Below, piece after piece: positions 41,774-53,210 of a DNA stretch of 64,000 bases. Position 1 is the first letter of the stretch; each line of letters starts with the position of its first letter. The notes under the pieces are model-generated. The model saw only the letters and a list, made by a program, of their open reading frames with translations, ran no database searches and was not told the DNA's origin. The stretch is from an uncultured Acidobacteriaceae bacterium (GTDB taxonomy: Bacteria > Acidobacteriota > Terriglobia > Terriglobales > Acidobacteriaceae). The translations under genes were made by a program, and so were the position numbers. The stretch covers positions 812,076-876,075 of the forward strand of contig CAVZUG010000001.1 of NCBI GenBank assembly GCA_963778445.1, in the 5' to 3' direction.

Positions 41774-44757
41774 ATGAGCAGGCATTTACCCGGCGAGAAG
41801 CTGAAAGATCTGGTCGCACAGGCTGAGGGTACTCAGCGAAACGGCTCGCTAAACCGGAGAGGCTTTCTCGCTCGGATTGGCGCAACGGCTGCGGTTGCCG
41901 TGTGCAATCCGTCGGGGGCGTTTGCCCAGACCGCCGGCGCTACCCTGAACCTTGCGAAGGTGGCAGTGCCCTCCAGCCTTACGACGACGAGCGAGAACAA
42001 GATCGGTGCGCTTAACGACGGCTTCACCCCGTCCAGTTCTCGCGACCGTCAGAATGGCTCTTACGCGGTCCGGCAAGGTTTTGAATCTGAGAACTCCGTG
42101 GCCGAGTGGGTTCAGTATTCGTGGAGCAAGCCGGTTGCCTTCAACAAGGTCGATATTTATTGGGGGATCGATGCACCTCGCCCGAATGGCCCTCCCGGCA
42201 GCGGATATGCACACATGGTTGCGCCTGTGTCCTACCGAATTCTTTTCTGGAACGGAAGCGACTTCGTCCCGGTCTCCAGAGCCCGCGGGTTTGGAGCCAC
42301 GGCAGACACCTTCAACGCGACCAGCTTCGATGAGGTGGTGACGGACAAGCTGCGCCTCGAAGTTGTGCCGGACGGAATTCATCCAGCCGGCATCCTCGAA
42401 TGGAAGGTATACAGCTCAGGTCCGGTTCCGTCGCTGCCACCGGTTGTGAACGCGGGCATCGATCGCTCGGTCGTGATGGGCGGCAGGACCTATCTTGCCG
42501 GCAGGTCGATCTGGCTCGAGGACCTCCCGTCAAATTTCACGACGTGGGCGAAGGCTTCGGGCCCCGGTTCCGTTGTGTTTGCTAATGCGGCGTCGCCAGT
42601 GACGACCGCGGCGTTTTCTGCTCCGGGAGACTATGTTCTCAAACTTACCGCCTCCGGGGTTGGCCACGAGACGACGTCGACGATACATGTTCACGCCGAA
42701 GCGGCTCCCCCAAAACAGCGTCTCGACGTCGTTTACACCAAGAAGTACTCCATCGATAGCCCGCTCTGGAATGCGCGTGCCAAGGCTCTTATCGTCGATT
42801 GGATCCCTCACTGCATTGCGTATTGCGAGCGCACGGATATTGCTCCGGATGAAGGTGACGGTGGCATCGACAACTTCATTGAAGCGGGAAAGGCGAACCG
42901 CGGCGAACCGCATGGACGTCACAAGGGGTTTGTGTTCTCGAACGCGTGGGTTCACCAGACTGTTGAGTCCATGTGCATCGCGTTGATGGTCGATCCCGCA
43001 GGATGATCAGGAGATCATGTACGCCCAGCAGCACATGCATGCAACGCTGGACAGGTGGATTCCGATTCATTCTCGCGGCGCAGATGCCAGATGGCTACCT
43101 GCAGACGGCCTATATCCTTGCTGACCGCGCGCAGTGGCCAGAGCGTTGGTCGCCCGAGCACCGCGGCAACCACGAGGGCTATGTTTCTGGCTACTTCATT
43201 GAGTCCGCGATCAATCACTACACGCTTACCGACGGTCAGGATCTGCGCCTGTATGACGCGGCCAAGAGGCTGGCCGACTGCTGGGTTGCAAACCTCGGTC
43301 CCGGGAAGAAGGACTGGTTTGACGGGCACCAAGAGATGGAGCAGGCGCTTGTGCGATTTGGCCGCTTTGTAAACGACCAGGAGGGCAACGGTCGAGGAGA
43401 CGCTTACATAGTTTTGGCCAAGTTCCTCCTGGACTCGCGCCGCGGCGGATCGGAGTACGACCAGAGCCATCTGCCCCCCGGACAGCAGTACGAGGCGGTG
43501 GGGCACGCCGTGCGAGCAACCTACTTCTACTCGGGTATGGCGGACATCGCAGCCGAGACCGGGGATCATGACTACCAAAGCGCCGTGTTGTCGCTTTGGG
43601 ACAATATGGTGAATAGAAAGTACTACCTGACCGGCGGCATCGGCAGTGGCGAGACCTCGGAAGGTTTCGGGCCGAACTATTCCCTTCGCAATAACGCCTA
43701 TTGCGAGTCCTGCTCAAGCTGCGGCCTGGTCTTCTTCCAGTACAAGCTGAACCTCGCTTACCACGACGCGAAGTACGCCGACCTTTACGAGCAGACTATG
43801 TATAACGCCCTGCTTGGCGCGGTTGACCTCGGAGGTAAGAGCTTCTGCTACACCAATCCACTCGTCAATACGCAGCGAACGCTTTGGCATGTGTGCCCCT
43901 GTTGCGTGGGGAACATCCCACGTACGCTGTTGATGATGCCGACTTGGGCCTATGTTAAGGACAAAACCGGCGTGTACGTAAACATGTTTGTAGGCAGTCG
44001 CATCCATGTGGGACGGGTCGCCGGTACGAATGTCGAGATGGTCCAGAAGACCGAGTATCCGTGGAATGGCGCGATCACAATTACCGTCAATCCGGAGCAG
44101 GCCAGTACCTTCTCGGTGTATGTCCGTATCCCCAACCGAAGCTTCAGCAAGCTCTACACGGAGTCTCCGGCGATCAGTGGCCTCAAGCAGTTCGCCGTGA
44201 ATGGCAAGCAGATTACGCCGAGTATTGTGAAGGGCTATGCTGTGGTCACTCGCGAGTGGAAGAGGGGCGACCGTATCGAGCTGGAGCTGCCGATGGAGCC
44301 ACAGCGGGTGATCGCGGACGATCGAGTGAAGGCAGATCTAGGTTCTGTAGCCTTGCGGTACGGACCACTTGTCTACAACGTGGAGAATGCGGATCAGGAG
44401 CATATCGCGCAACAACTCAGCGACGCTCCGCTAAAAGCGGAATGGAGGCCCGATCTCCTTGGAGGTGTGATGGTCATCACGGGCAGATGGAAGGATGGCT
44501 CGCCTATGCTTGCTGTTCCGAACTATGCGCGTATGAACCGTGTAGGACCTCCTCACGAGTATCTGGAGGAGCCCCGGGTGAATTATGCGCCGGGTACGAC
44601 GACCAGCACTGGGACCACAGCACGGAGCGGCTCACCAAAGGCTGCTCCGGCGACACCGGCTATCGTCAGCGCTACGGCCGGAGCCGGGGATACAACTCCG
44701 GCCGACAAGCGTCGCAACAGATCCGCGACAAGAGTGGAATCCAAGGTGTGGATCTAG
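41774..44757 (+). CDS. Tat-exported GH127/GH146-like beta-L-arabinofuranosidase with N-terminal accessory domains (indels near 43000)
   Basis: NRRGFL Tat motif; HEGY, DGHQE, AVGHAVRA, YCESCSSCG, YADLYEQTMYN, CPCCVGN (Zn/Cys triad), TEYPWNG. Confidence 0.85.
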
Positions 44758-44901
44758 ATCGAAGCTGATTGCATTGATTCCGGTGTCAGTTGTTCCGGAG
44801 TTGTTGCCCCACCTCACTGGACATGGGCTAACAGGAGAACCTGGAAATCGTCGATGGCTCGCAGATCTTGGACGGCAGGCATGGCTTGGTTGGAGGTGTG
44901 C

Positions 44902-47900
44902 CTAGTGCTCTACGATCCAGTTCAAAGGCCCGATCAGGCCTGAAGGCAGAACGGGCGAACTACTCTTGTAGCTCGTGATATTCGTTTTCGTATAGGTCTT
45001 CGAGACCCCGGGCTGTAAATCGCCGATCAGCCGATTCGCCCACAGATTGGTCACCTCGATGGAGATGTGGTTTTCACCCGGGCGCAGCAGCGGGTCAACG
45101 CGAAGCTCATAGGGCCTCGCCCAAACCGTTCCTGCATCCTTGCCATTGATAAAGACCCGTGCGATTTCCCGAACATCATCGAAGTGGAGCGACACCTTTT
45201 CGCCTGGCTTCCACAGAGGCGCGAGCACGTCAGCGCGATATACCGCTGTTCCCGAGAAATAGCGAATTCCAAGATCCGGTGACTCCGTCCAACTCTTCAG
45301 TTCAGGCAGCGGGATGCTGCCCGAAGGAGCACCGCGATCCCTCTCGAAGCTGACCGACCAGTTCGCAAATAGCGGTGTGTAGATCGGCGCTGTAGCGTGT
45401 TGCTCATACACGTCGGGGCCTCTCTCACCGCGCATACCGTCATCGAAGATGACAAAAGCAGACCCAAACGCGGGAAGGGACAGAGGCAACCTCGTCCGTC
45501 CGTCTGCCTCGGATCGCCCTGCCACGGGCTGCATCTGCCCGCTCACTCCGTCCCACACCTCGGCCGTTCGCTGCTTCACGCGAAACAAGCCCTCGAATCC
45601 AGCCTCCTTGCTAGACGCATTTCGAAGGAAGTACACCTCGGTGCTCCCAATACGCCGATGCACAAAGTCGATGCCTTCCGAGCTCGAGGCAGACGCCGGC
45701 CCAGCCTCGCGCACGCCCAGCTCCGGACTGAAGTCCGGAGGAGTCTTGAGCGCCTGGAGCGCCGCCCGCGTGTCCTCCGTGCAGAACACTATTCCTTTTC
45801 CAAGAGCATGCGATGCTGCTTTGGAGCAGCCATCCCAGAGAGTGTGACTCAAGCTAGCAACACGCGCCTCGTCTGTCGCCGACAGCCTTCCCGTCGAAGC
45901 CTGCACGGGCATTCCTGTGACCGCGCCACCACCTCGTACAAACCGCAAAGCTAACTCCAGCACCTCCGCCGAAGCTCGCCGTGTTCGCGGCATCGCCAGC
46001 ACGCTCCATCGCACTCCGCCCGGTCCCACCAGGTAGCGCCCGTCCAAGCGAATCGTTCGCAGAAGCGCGTCCTCGTCCGTGACGTCGTAGTCATACCCCG
46101 GAAGCACGTGTGCCGGATCATCCGCTTTCAGCCGAACGAAGTTTGGTACGTTGTCCCCGTAAAAGTACAGAACATCGTTCACGGCGACACCTTGCTGCAT
46201 CATGTATTGCGCACGATTCAGGTAGGTAAAGAAGGCTCTGCCCGCGTTCCACCACGTCACCTTCGGATTCAGGTGCGTGCCGGCGAAGTATTCCTGCCCC
46301 GGAAGACCCGTCGACTCCGGACTTGATGTGAACTCATGCCACACGAGCCGGTTCATTCCCTCCGTGATCGCCATATCGAAGGCCGGCTTCAGATCTGTTG
46401 CCAGGCTCTCTGACCATTGCGGTCCAATGGACGTCTCGCCCTCCTGTGCTACAAAACTTTGGCCGTAGATGTTCGCCGCGCTGGCTGCCTCCTTCGTGAA
46501 AAATCGCTCGGCATCTTTATTGCGATGGGCGTTCTGGGACCAGAATTCCGTCTGTGGCACAGCGGCATGGCGAAAGGTCTCCAGAGCGTCGATCGGCGCG
46601 CCATGCGGTCCACCACTCTCAGCCTGCACACCCATCCCATGCGCGCGAGCCTTCTCCGCGAAAACATCATAATGCTCGCTGACGATGAGGTCCGCCACTG
46701 TGCGTCGCAGATCGGTCAGAAATCGCGTACTTTGCGACCTATCCCCCACAATGCGTCCCGCCACTACAGGGAGCCACGGCACAGGATCGTACCCGCGTCT
46801 CACCTTGAACTCCTCGCGAAATTTCGGTGTCCAGTTCGTTCCACCAAGCTCCCAGCTATCTGTGGCCAGATATCTCAGGCTTTTATATGGCTTCGCGGCC
46901 CGAAGCAGAGGCTCAACCGTGCGATTCCAGTACTGTCCAAAGGCTTCGCGGCTCAGGTAGTCGATCGCGAGACCCTGCCACGCTCCACTGCTCGTGGACA
47001 CCCGTGCATCGGAATCCGTATATCCGATCCGGAGAACCTCCCACTGGCCCGCTGGCGCCTTCCACATCATCGTCCCGTCCGCGCTCGTCTGCGCCGTGAT
47101 GTCCGACACCTATCCGAGGGCGTGTCGGCAAATCCCCGATCCCCTGCGAACTGCTGGCTGAGCCCGTCATTCAGAAGCGCCGAACTTTCCGGCATGCTAA
47201 ACCCGCTCTCAGCTGCTGCCGATCGGAAGCGCAACGTCTGTAACGCACGCGTCCCGGCACGATCTCCCTCATCCTGCCGGCACGCGATCCCCGCTGTTCG
47301 GCCGTATGCCGGTCTCCCTCCTGATCGTCTGGCTGTGCCGCAAGCGCCCTTCCATGTTATAACGGGTAGGCCAGCACGGCGATCTGGCGATAAAATCCGT
47401 TCTTCACCGGGGGCGCAGCCAGATGGATCACTTCCTTGGAGCCGCCGTTCACCGCTGTGCGGCTCCATGTCAGCAGCTTCGAAGCTTGTTCTGGCGTGAC
47501 ATCCGGTCCTCCGAGATTCCATCCGCTCGTAATGTTTAGCGTGATTTCCAGGCCGAGCCGGTCCGCTTCCTTCAAGGCATGCGTGAACAGCGCAACCCAT
47601 GCCGGGCTACCAAATGTTGGGCCGGCCGGCACCTCCCTGTTTCCCGCCTGGTTTGACCCGTTGGCGTCGACCAGAAGCGCTCCACCGAAGCCCTTGGCCT
47701 TCATCTCCTCGAGATCGTGCGAGATGGTCGCCTTATCGGTGTTTCCATTCAGCCACCACCAGTAGCAGCGAAGCCTCGCCTCCGCCGGTGGATGCAGAAA
47801 TCCCTCGCGCAACGCAGGGAGCGACGGCGAGGTGCTCGTGCCTTGCGCTTCCTGCTGTGCTGCTATCGAACACGGCACCAGCGTCCAAGCGCAAGCTACA

Positions 47901-47959
47901 AATGCAAGCCAGCAGACACGATCAAACCGGAACGACCCAGCCATGCGTCTCCTTTCCAA
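44902..47959 (-). CDS. GH106-like alpha-L-rhamnosidase (indel-split)
   Basis: FLHPPAEARLRCYWWWLNGN, SGWNLGGP, DSWE, AESGGP, PQTEFW, KEAASAANIYG, VTNLWANRLIGD, PSGLIGP. Confidence 0.85.
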
Positions 47960-48003
47960 AACAGCAACGGAGAACCCGAAGAAGGGCTCGTGCTTTGGCT
48001 CCG

Positions 48004-51000
48004 CTAGAAGTTGACCCGGGCCGTGAGTTGACCGATTCGAGGATCGTTTGCCTGCGTCAACGTGACCACACCAAACGTCGAACTGCCAATCGAGGTTCCC
48101 GGACCGCCAAAGTTCGGTGTGTTCAGGACGTTGAAGAACTCGCCACGGATCTCGAAATTGACGCCCTCGTGAAGCAGAAATTGCTTGAAGAGCGAAGCGT
48201 CCATCAGCGGATGAACCCGCTGCCGGATATTGAGGTAAGCCGTGTTCACCTGTGACGTATAACTCAGCCTCTGTTGAAACGCCGGTGTTGCATTAGTCGA
48301 GCAGCCATGCTGCAGGCCCGTCGCGTCGAGGTAGCAAGTATTGAAGTACTGGTTGTAGGTAGGATTTGCGATGCTAGGATTCTGCAGGATCGTGACATTG
48401 CCCGGCGCCGAAATCAGACTTCCGTTCTGCGCGCGCAGCACGGAGTTGAGCTGCCACCCGCCCAGAAGGACTTTCTGGTATGCCGGACGGCCTTCAAATT
48501 TCGGAAACTGATACAGCCCGAAGATGTTGCCCACGAGTGTCGGTCCAGGATCCTGGTTTGACGCGAGGCGCGTATCGAAAGGATTAAGAAAGCTGGTATG
48601 CACCATCGTCTTCGACCAGGTGAAGTTGCCCTGGAGCGAGAAGTGGTGGCTCAGCGGCTTGCTCACAGTGATCTGTAGCGAGTTATACGGTGCGCTTCCA
48701 ATGGATGAGTAGTTCTCTGTAACCGATCCGAACTCGGGAAAAGGAAGAAGGAGCTGGTTTCTCGCAATATTCGCGGCGTTCAGAGAGGAGTTCGGAATCT
48801 TGCCCGCCATCGGATTTGGCACTGTGGCATTGAGATAACTCACCTCCGCCGCGCCAAGATTGTAGTACGACGCTGGAAGCACGTTGATGTTGTGGTTTAC
48901 TTCCAGCCGCGTAGGCCGCGTACCCAGATAGGCAAGCTGCAGGACCATGTTTCCCGGGAACTGCGTCTGCGTGCTCACGGAATATTGCGCGCTCTTCGGC
49001 TGAACGTGATTCGGATCGACAAAACTCACACTCTGCCCAAGCTGCGTCGAGAGCCCCAGGGCACTTCCGCTCGGTGCGTTCACACCCGTGGGGAAGGGAT
49101 TGCTGAGCGTGTTTACGGGATGCGTTCCGTCGATTGCCGCGACATAGTTCGTCGATGCGCTGAACCCCTGCCCAAATGGTGTCTCAAGCGTATTGAAGTA
49201 GATCACCCCGAAGCCAGCTCGCAGGACCGTTGAAGGGCTCGCCTGGTAAGCGAGGCCGACGCGCGGCTGAAAGTTGTTCAGATCGCGCGGGTACTCAAAA
49301 CGATTGCTGCTGTTCACAAACTGCAAACCGCCGTTCAGCGCCAAGCCCGGAACCGATGTTTGCAGTGGGTTAGGGCAGGTCAGGCAGAAGCTCGAATTCA
49401 AGCGGTTATAGCGGTCCGTGAAGGGAGATTCGTAATCCCAGCGCAATCCCAGGTTCAACGTCAGCTTGCTTGTTGCGCGCCAGTCATCCTGCACGAACGG
49501 CGCAGTGTAAATTTGCTGCAGTGCAAAGGCAATCTGGTTGTTATAGGTCTCGGACGAAGGATATCCCAGCAGAACCGAGGCATACGGATTGCCGGATGCG
49601 AGGTCTCCGCCAACGGGCGTGTTGATGGAATTTTTCTGCGTGAACTGACGGTTAAACGTAAAGCTTCCGAAGCCCGATTGCGGGTTCTGGACGTTATAGC
49701 GGATCAGGTTGCCGTCGAAGCCGAATCGAATCGAGTGCGTGCCCAGCGTTTTTGTCAGCACCACGTTCATCGAGCCTGTGGTGTTTTCACTGATTTGTCC
49801 ACCTGCACCAGCAGCAAGCCCTCCATACTGATCCGTGTTGGTGCCGGCATCAATCGCCGTCAGACCCGGAAAGGTCTGAAACGGAAGGTTCGTTCCCGTG
49901 ATGCCAATGCTGCTCAAGTTGAAGCCCTGATTGCCGGGGTAGGTCAAGCCAAACGGATGATACAGAACGCCGACACGTGCATCGAGGACAAGCGATGGCG
50001 AGAACACATGCACGTCATCGAGGCTTCCACCTTTGTTATCCCGGTATACCGTATACCCGTATCCGGTCGCGCTGCTCGCCGGTCCCACCCCGCCTGTGTA
50101 CCCCTCGAACGGGTACGCTTGCGTCAGACCGGACTGGAAGAACACAGCATTCAGCTTGTTCCTGGTTCCAAACGACTGGTCGACCCTCACAATAAAGGAG
50201 GGATACGAGCTTCGGTAAGAGGTCTGGTTAGAGATGTAGTTCACGTTGCCGACAGAGGCATTCGGCAAAGGATACAGGTTCAGTAGTGCCTGTCCCGCGG
50301 CGTTGATGCGGCCCTTTAGATTGTTGTTAGGGAATGGCGTGCGATTGTTCGACGCATCGAGCGTGAGCGGATCGTAAAGCTGGATGCCCGCGCCCGTAGC
50401 GCACACGCCGCTCACAAAGTTCGAACACAGGTCGGAGAAGTCGCCGGCACGTTCTGCAACTGTGGGAACATGCGTGCTGTACGGCAGGGAAACATGCGAT
50501 TGATAGCGTTCGAAGGAAACCATGAAGAACGTCTTATCGCGGCCGTTGTAGACCTTCGGAAGGATGACCGGGCCATCCACGACGAGCCCCGTCTGACTTA
50601 ACTGGTCGTTTCCGCGCGGCGTTCGAAGCAACGGATTGCTGCTGTTCTGGTTCGGCACCTTTTCATGCGTGTTGGCATTCATGTACGTGTTCTGGAATAC
50701 GTAGTACCCCGCGCCGTGCAGTGCGTTTGTTCCCGTCCGAACAACCGTGTTTGTGATGGTTCCATTGCCGTGTCCATACTGTGCATCGAAGATCGCCGTC
50801 TGCACCTTGACCTCCTGCACGGCCTCCGGAGAAGGCACAAATCCCGTGTAGCTCGCCCCGGAGAAGCGCTCCGCCGGATCGTCAGGGATACCATCCAGCG
50901 TCAGCCGGTTGTGGCCAGCGCTTCCATCCGCAGTAATCTGAACCGCCGTCCCACTGAACGGATTGGTGAAGCTGCTCGCCTTGCTCTGCGTGTAAGCCCC

Positions 51001-51525
51001 CGTCGTTACCCCGGCAGCAAGTGTCGCCAGCACAAACGGGTTGCGCCCGATGTTGGGAAGATCGGTCACCTCTTTGTTGCTCAAGGTCGTGCTTAGGTTC
51101 GCCGAGCCTGTATCGAGAAGAGCCGTGTCCGACGTCACGGTCACCGTCTCCGTTGCAGCGCCCGCTTGGAGCTTGAAGTCCACTTGCTGGTTCTGCCCAG
51201 CCGTCAAGATGATGTTAGTGCGCGTCTCCGGCCTGAAACCCGCCGCCGAGATCGTCACCGTATAAGTACCGGGCTGTAGCGACGGCACGTTGAAAGAGCC
51301 GGAACCGCTACTCTGCACGTCGGTCGCGAACTTGGTTGACTGTTCCGTCACGGACACGTTCGCCTTTGGTACCTGCGCTCCCGTGACATCGACCACCTCT
51401 CCCCGTATCGTTCCCAGGTAGAGTTGAGCCCGCGCGGATCCGCAGATACAAAGAGAAAAAGAGACGAGCAGGAAGAGGCTCAGACAGCTTCCGCGTCGGT
51501 GTGCAGGTGCAGGTCGTGATTGCAT
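48004..51525 (-). CDS. TonB-dependent receptor (Oar-like)
   Basis: Signal peptide, GTIRGEVVD, FDAQYGH, RTGTNALHG, FVQDDWR..LNLGLRWDY, C-terminal ..QLTARVNF. Confidence 0.93.
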   Translation of the reverse strand: MQSRPAPAHRRGSCLSLFLLVSFSLCICGSARAQLYLGTIRGEVVDVTGAQVPKANVSVTEQSTKFATDVQSSGSGSFNVPSLQPGTYTVTISAAGFRPETRTNIILTAGQNQQVDFKLQAGAATETVTVTSDTALLDTGSANLSTTLSNKEVTDLPNIGRNPFVLATLAAGVTTGAYTQSKASSFTNPFSGTAVQITADGSAGHNRLTLDGIPDDPAERFSGASYTGFVPSPEAVQEVKVQTAIFDAQYGHGNGTITNTVVRTGTNALHGAGYYVFQNTYMNANTHEKVPNQNSSNPLLRTPRGNDQLSQTGLVVDGPVILPKVYNGRDKTFFMVSFERYQSHVSLPYSTHVPTVAERAGDFSDLCSNFVSGVCATGAGIQLYDPLTLDASNNRTPFPNNNLKGRINAAGQALLNLYPLPNASVGNVNYISNQTSYRSSYPSFIVRVDQSFGTRNKLNAVFFQSGLTQAYPFEGYTGGVGPASSATGYGYTVYRDNKGGSLDDVHVFSPSLVLDARVGVLYHPFGLTYPGNQGFNLSSIGITGTNLPFQTFPGLTAIDAGTNTDQYGGLAAGAGGQISENTTGSMNVVLTKTLGTHSIRFGFDGNLIRYNVQNPQSGFGSFTFNRQFTQKNSINTPVGGDLASGNPYASVLLGYPSSETYNNQIAFALQQIYTAPFVQDDWRATSKLTLNLGLRWDYESPFTDRYNRLNSSFCLTCPNPLQTSVPGLALNGGLQFVNSSNRFEYPRDLNNFQPRVGLAYQASPSTVLRAGFGVIYFNTLETPFGQGFSASTNYVAAIDGTHPVNTLSNPFPTGVNAPSGSALGLSTQLGQSVSFVDPNHVQPKSAQYSVSTQTQFPGNMVLQLAYLGTRPTRLEVNHNINVLPASYYNLGAAEVSYLNATVPNPMAGKIPNSSLNAANIARNQLLLPFPEFGSVTENYSSIGSAPYNSLQITVSKPLSHHFSLQGNFTWSKTMVHTSFLNPFDTRLASNQDPGPTLVGNIFGLYQFPKFEGRPAYQKVLLGGWQLNSVLRAQNGSLISAPGNVTILQNPSIANPTYNQYFNTCYLDATGLQHGCSTNATPAFQQRLSYTSQVNTAYLNIRQRVHPLMDASLFKQFLLHEGVNFEIRGEFFNVLNTPNFGGPGTSIGSSTFGVVTLTQANDPRIGQLTARVNF

Positions 51526-51564
51526 AAGACTCCCTCCAGAAACGTGGTTCAGTATCAGTTCGGT

Positions 51565-53043
51565 TCAGCAGACCTGCACCGCAGGCATCTGCAGCAGAGC
51601 GGCCGTCTTCTTGAGTGTGTCCGCCAGGTGCCCGACGCCAATGGCACAGTGATGTGCAGGCCCCTGCGCATTCCATCGTTCAACGAACTCGCGAGCCGGG
51701 AGAGCGAACATGTACCGGCTATTCGTATTACCGATCTTGAGAATTCTTCCCGCAACGCTCGTCCCTTCCGCGATAAGGAACTGAAATCCAGCCTCCCGAT
51801 GTTCTACGATCGAAAGCAGCGTGACCGGCCCATGCTCGACCGACATCTCGACCGACAGACCACGGCCCACCTTGCCGTGGTACACCTCGAGGGGGCGAAC
51901 CTTGACACGATCCTTTGCAATCAGAGGGTGCGCGGGACCGTCATGCCCCATGAGCACGACATTTTCTTTCAAATCAAGAGCATAGATTTCGCTAAAGGAG
52001 CCGCCCGCGCCCAACTCGCTGAGCACCTTCATCGCGATCGCGTTCTTCACCTCGTATTCTCCGGCGACGGGAATACCGCGAGCCGTCAACTGCGAGGTCC
52101 CCAGAATGATGGAGCTCATTGTGTCTTCGTTCTCGGGAATTCCACTGCCCTTGTAGTAGTAAGCCAGCAGATCAATCCCGTTCTCGGCGATCAACCTGTC
52201 AAGCGCTACCGCGGTTCGTGCAGCCCGAAGCAACTCGCTCCGTGAGCAGTCCAGATCCAGATCGAACTGCTCCGCGAATGCCTCCGCCCGCTGTTCTGCC
52301 TCAGTTTCGCTCACCTCACGCCTTCGTGCCGAAAACGTATCTACCTCCATCTGGTCGATCAGCAAGCCGAACCGCCCACTCACCTGCACGAGATCCGTGG
52401 CTATATCCAGCATGCCCGTGTAGTAATGTCCCATCAGCCCGAGCGTGCTGTGGGATAGCGTCTTCACCACACGCGCTGCAAGAAGCAAGGCATCCACCTC
52501 TGCCCAGCAACCCGGGTCGCCCTCCAGCGATCCAGTCACCTGGAAGAAAGGAGTGTCAAGCCGCTTCAGCACATTTGCGATCTCCGGTACCGGACACGCA
52601 CTGCACCAGGCAAGCCACTCGCCCGTCATCGCTGTACGATCCGCAAGCTCGTTGAAACGCTCGTAATCCAAAGCCAGCTCTGGCTGGAGATTTAGCAAGA
52701 TGACCGGCACTTTTGCCCGCTGCACAATCGGCAGCACCGTCGAAGACAGCGCGTAAGTCGTCACATAAATCAGCAGGATGTCGATATCGTGCTTCCGGCA
52801 CTCGTGTCCCGCTTTGATTGCCCCAGCCGTATTGTCCACCATGCCCAGATTTACGACGGTTCGGCCATTCCCCTCGATCTTCCGCTCCACATCGCCGAGA
52901 TAGCCGTCTAATCGGGCGCGCAGCCCCTCGAATTGTTCCCAGTAAGCGTTGAGCCCGAGACCCACCAGACCTATTCGCACATCATGTCCTCCGGCAACCA
53001 TCCGATCCTTCCCGTCCTGAGAATCTGAAATCAGGGGGAGCAT
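51565..53043 (-). CDS. L-fucose/L-arabinose isomerase family protein
   Basis: YWEQFEGL, TTYALSS, CSACPVPE, GHYYTGMLD, AGEYE, GHDGP, YHGKVG, IGNTNSRY, GPAHHCA. Confidence 0.85.
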   Translation of the reverse strand: MLPLISDSQDGKDRMVAGGHDVRIGLVGLGLNAYWEQFEGLRARLDGYLGDVERKIEGNGRTVVNLGMVDNTAGAIKAGHECRKHDIDILLIYVTTYALSSTVLPIVQRAKVPVILLNLQPELALDYERFNELADRTAMTGEWLAWCSACPVPEIANVLKRLDTPFFQVTGSLEGDPGCWAEVDALLLAARVVKTLSHSTLGLMGHYYTGMLDIATDLVQVSGRFGLLIDQMEVDTFSARRREVSETEAEQRAEAFAEQFDLDLDCSRSELLRAARTAVALDRLIAENGIDLLAYYYKGSGIPENEDTMSSIILGTSQLTARGIPVAGEYEVKNAIAMKVLSELGAGGSFSEIYALDLKENVVLMGHDGPAHPLIAKDRVKVRPLEVYHGKVGRGLSVEMSVEHGPVTLLSIVEHREAGFQFLIAEGTSVAGRILKIGNTNSRYMFALPAREFVERWNAQGPAHHCAIGVGHLADTLKKTAALLQMPAVQVC

Positions 53044-53091
53044 AGGCCCGTTCAGAGACTCATGCCAATCTGAAAGACCTGAAAGTACTGC

Positions 53092-53109
53092 GTTTCACAT
53101 TGCGAAATG
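53092..53109. promoter_or_regulatory. Putative IclR-type operator 1
   Basis: GTTTCACATTGCGAAATG (TTTC..GAAA dyad). Confidence 0.6.
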
Positions 53110-53177
53110 CTTTTAGACAGTTTTGGGCGCAAATTTCTCAATTCACCAGATATGCTGCCGTCACGAGCGAAAGCTCA

Positions 53178-53195
53178 CATTTCGCGGTGTGAAAC
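53178..53195. promoter_or_regulatory. Putative IclR-type operator 2 (inverted copy of operator 1)
   Basis: CATTTCGCGGTGTGAAAC; its reverse complement matches operator 1 at 16/18. Confidence 0.6.
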
Positions 53196-53210
53196 AATTT
53201 ACGCAGTGAG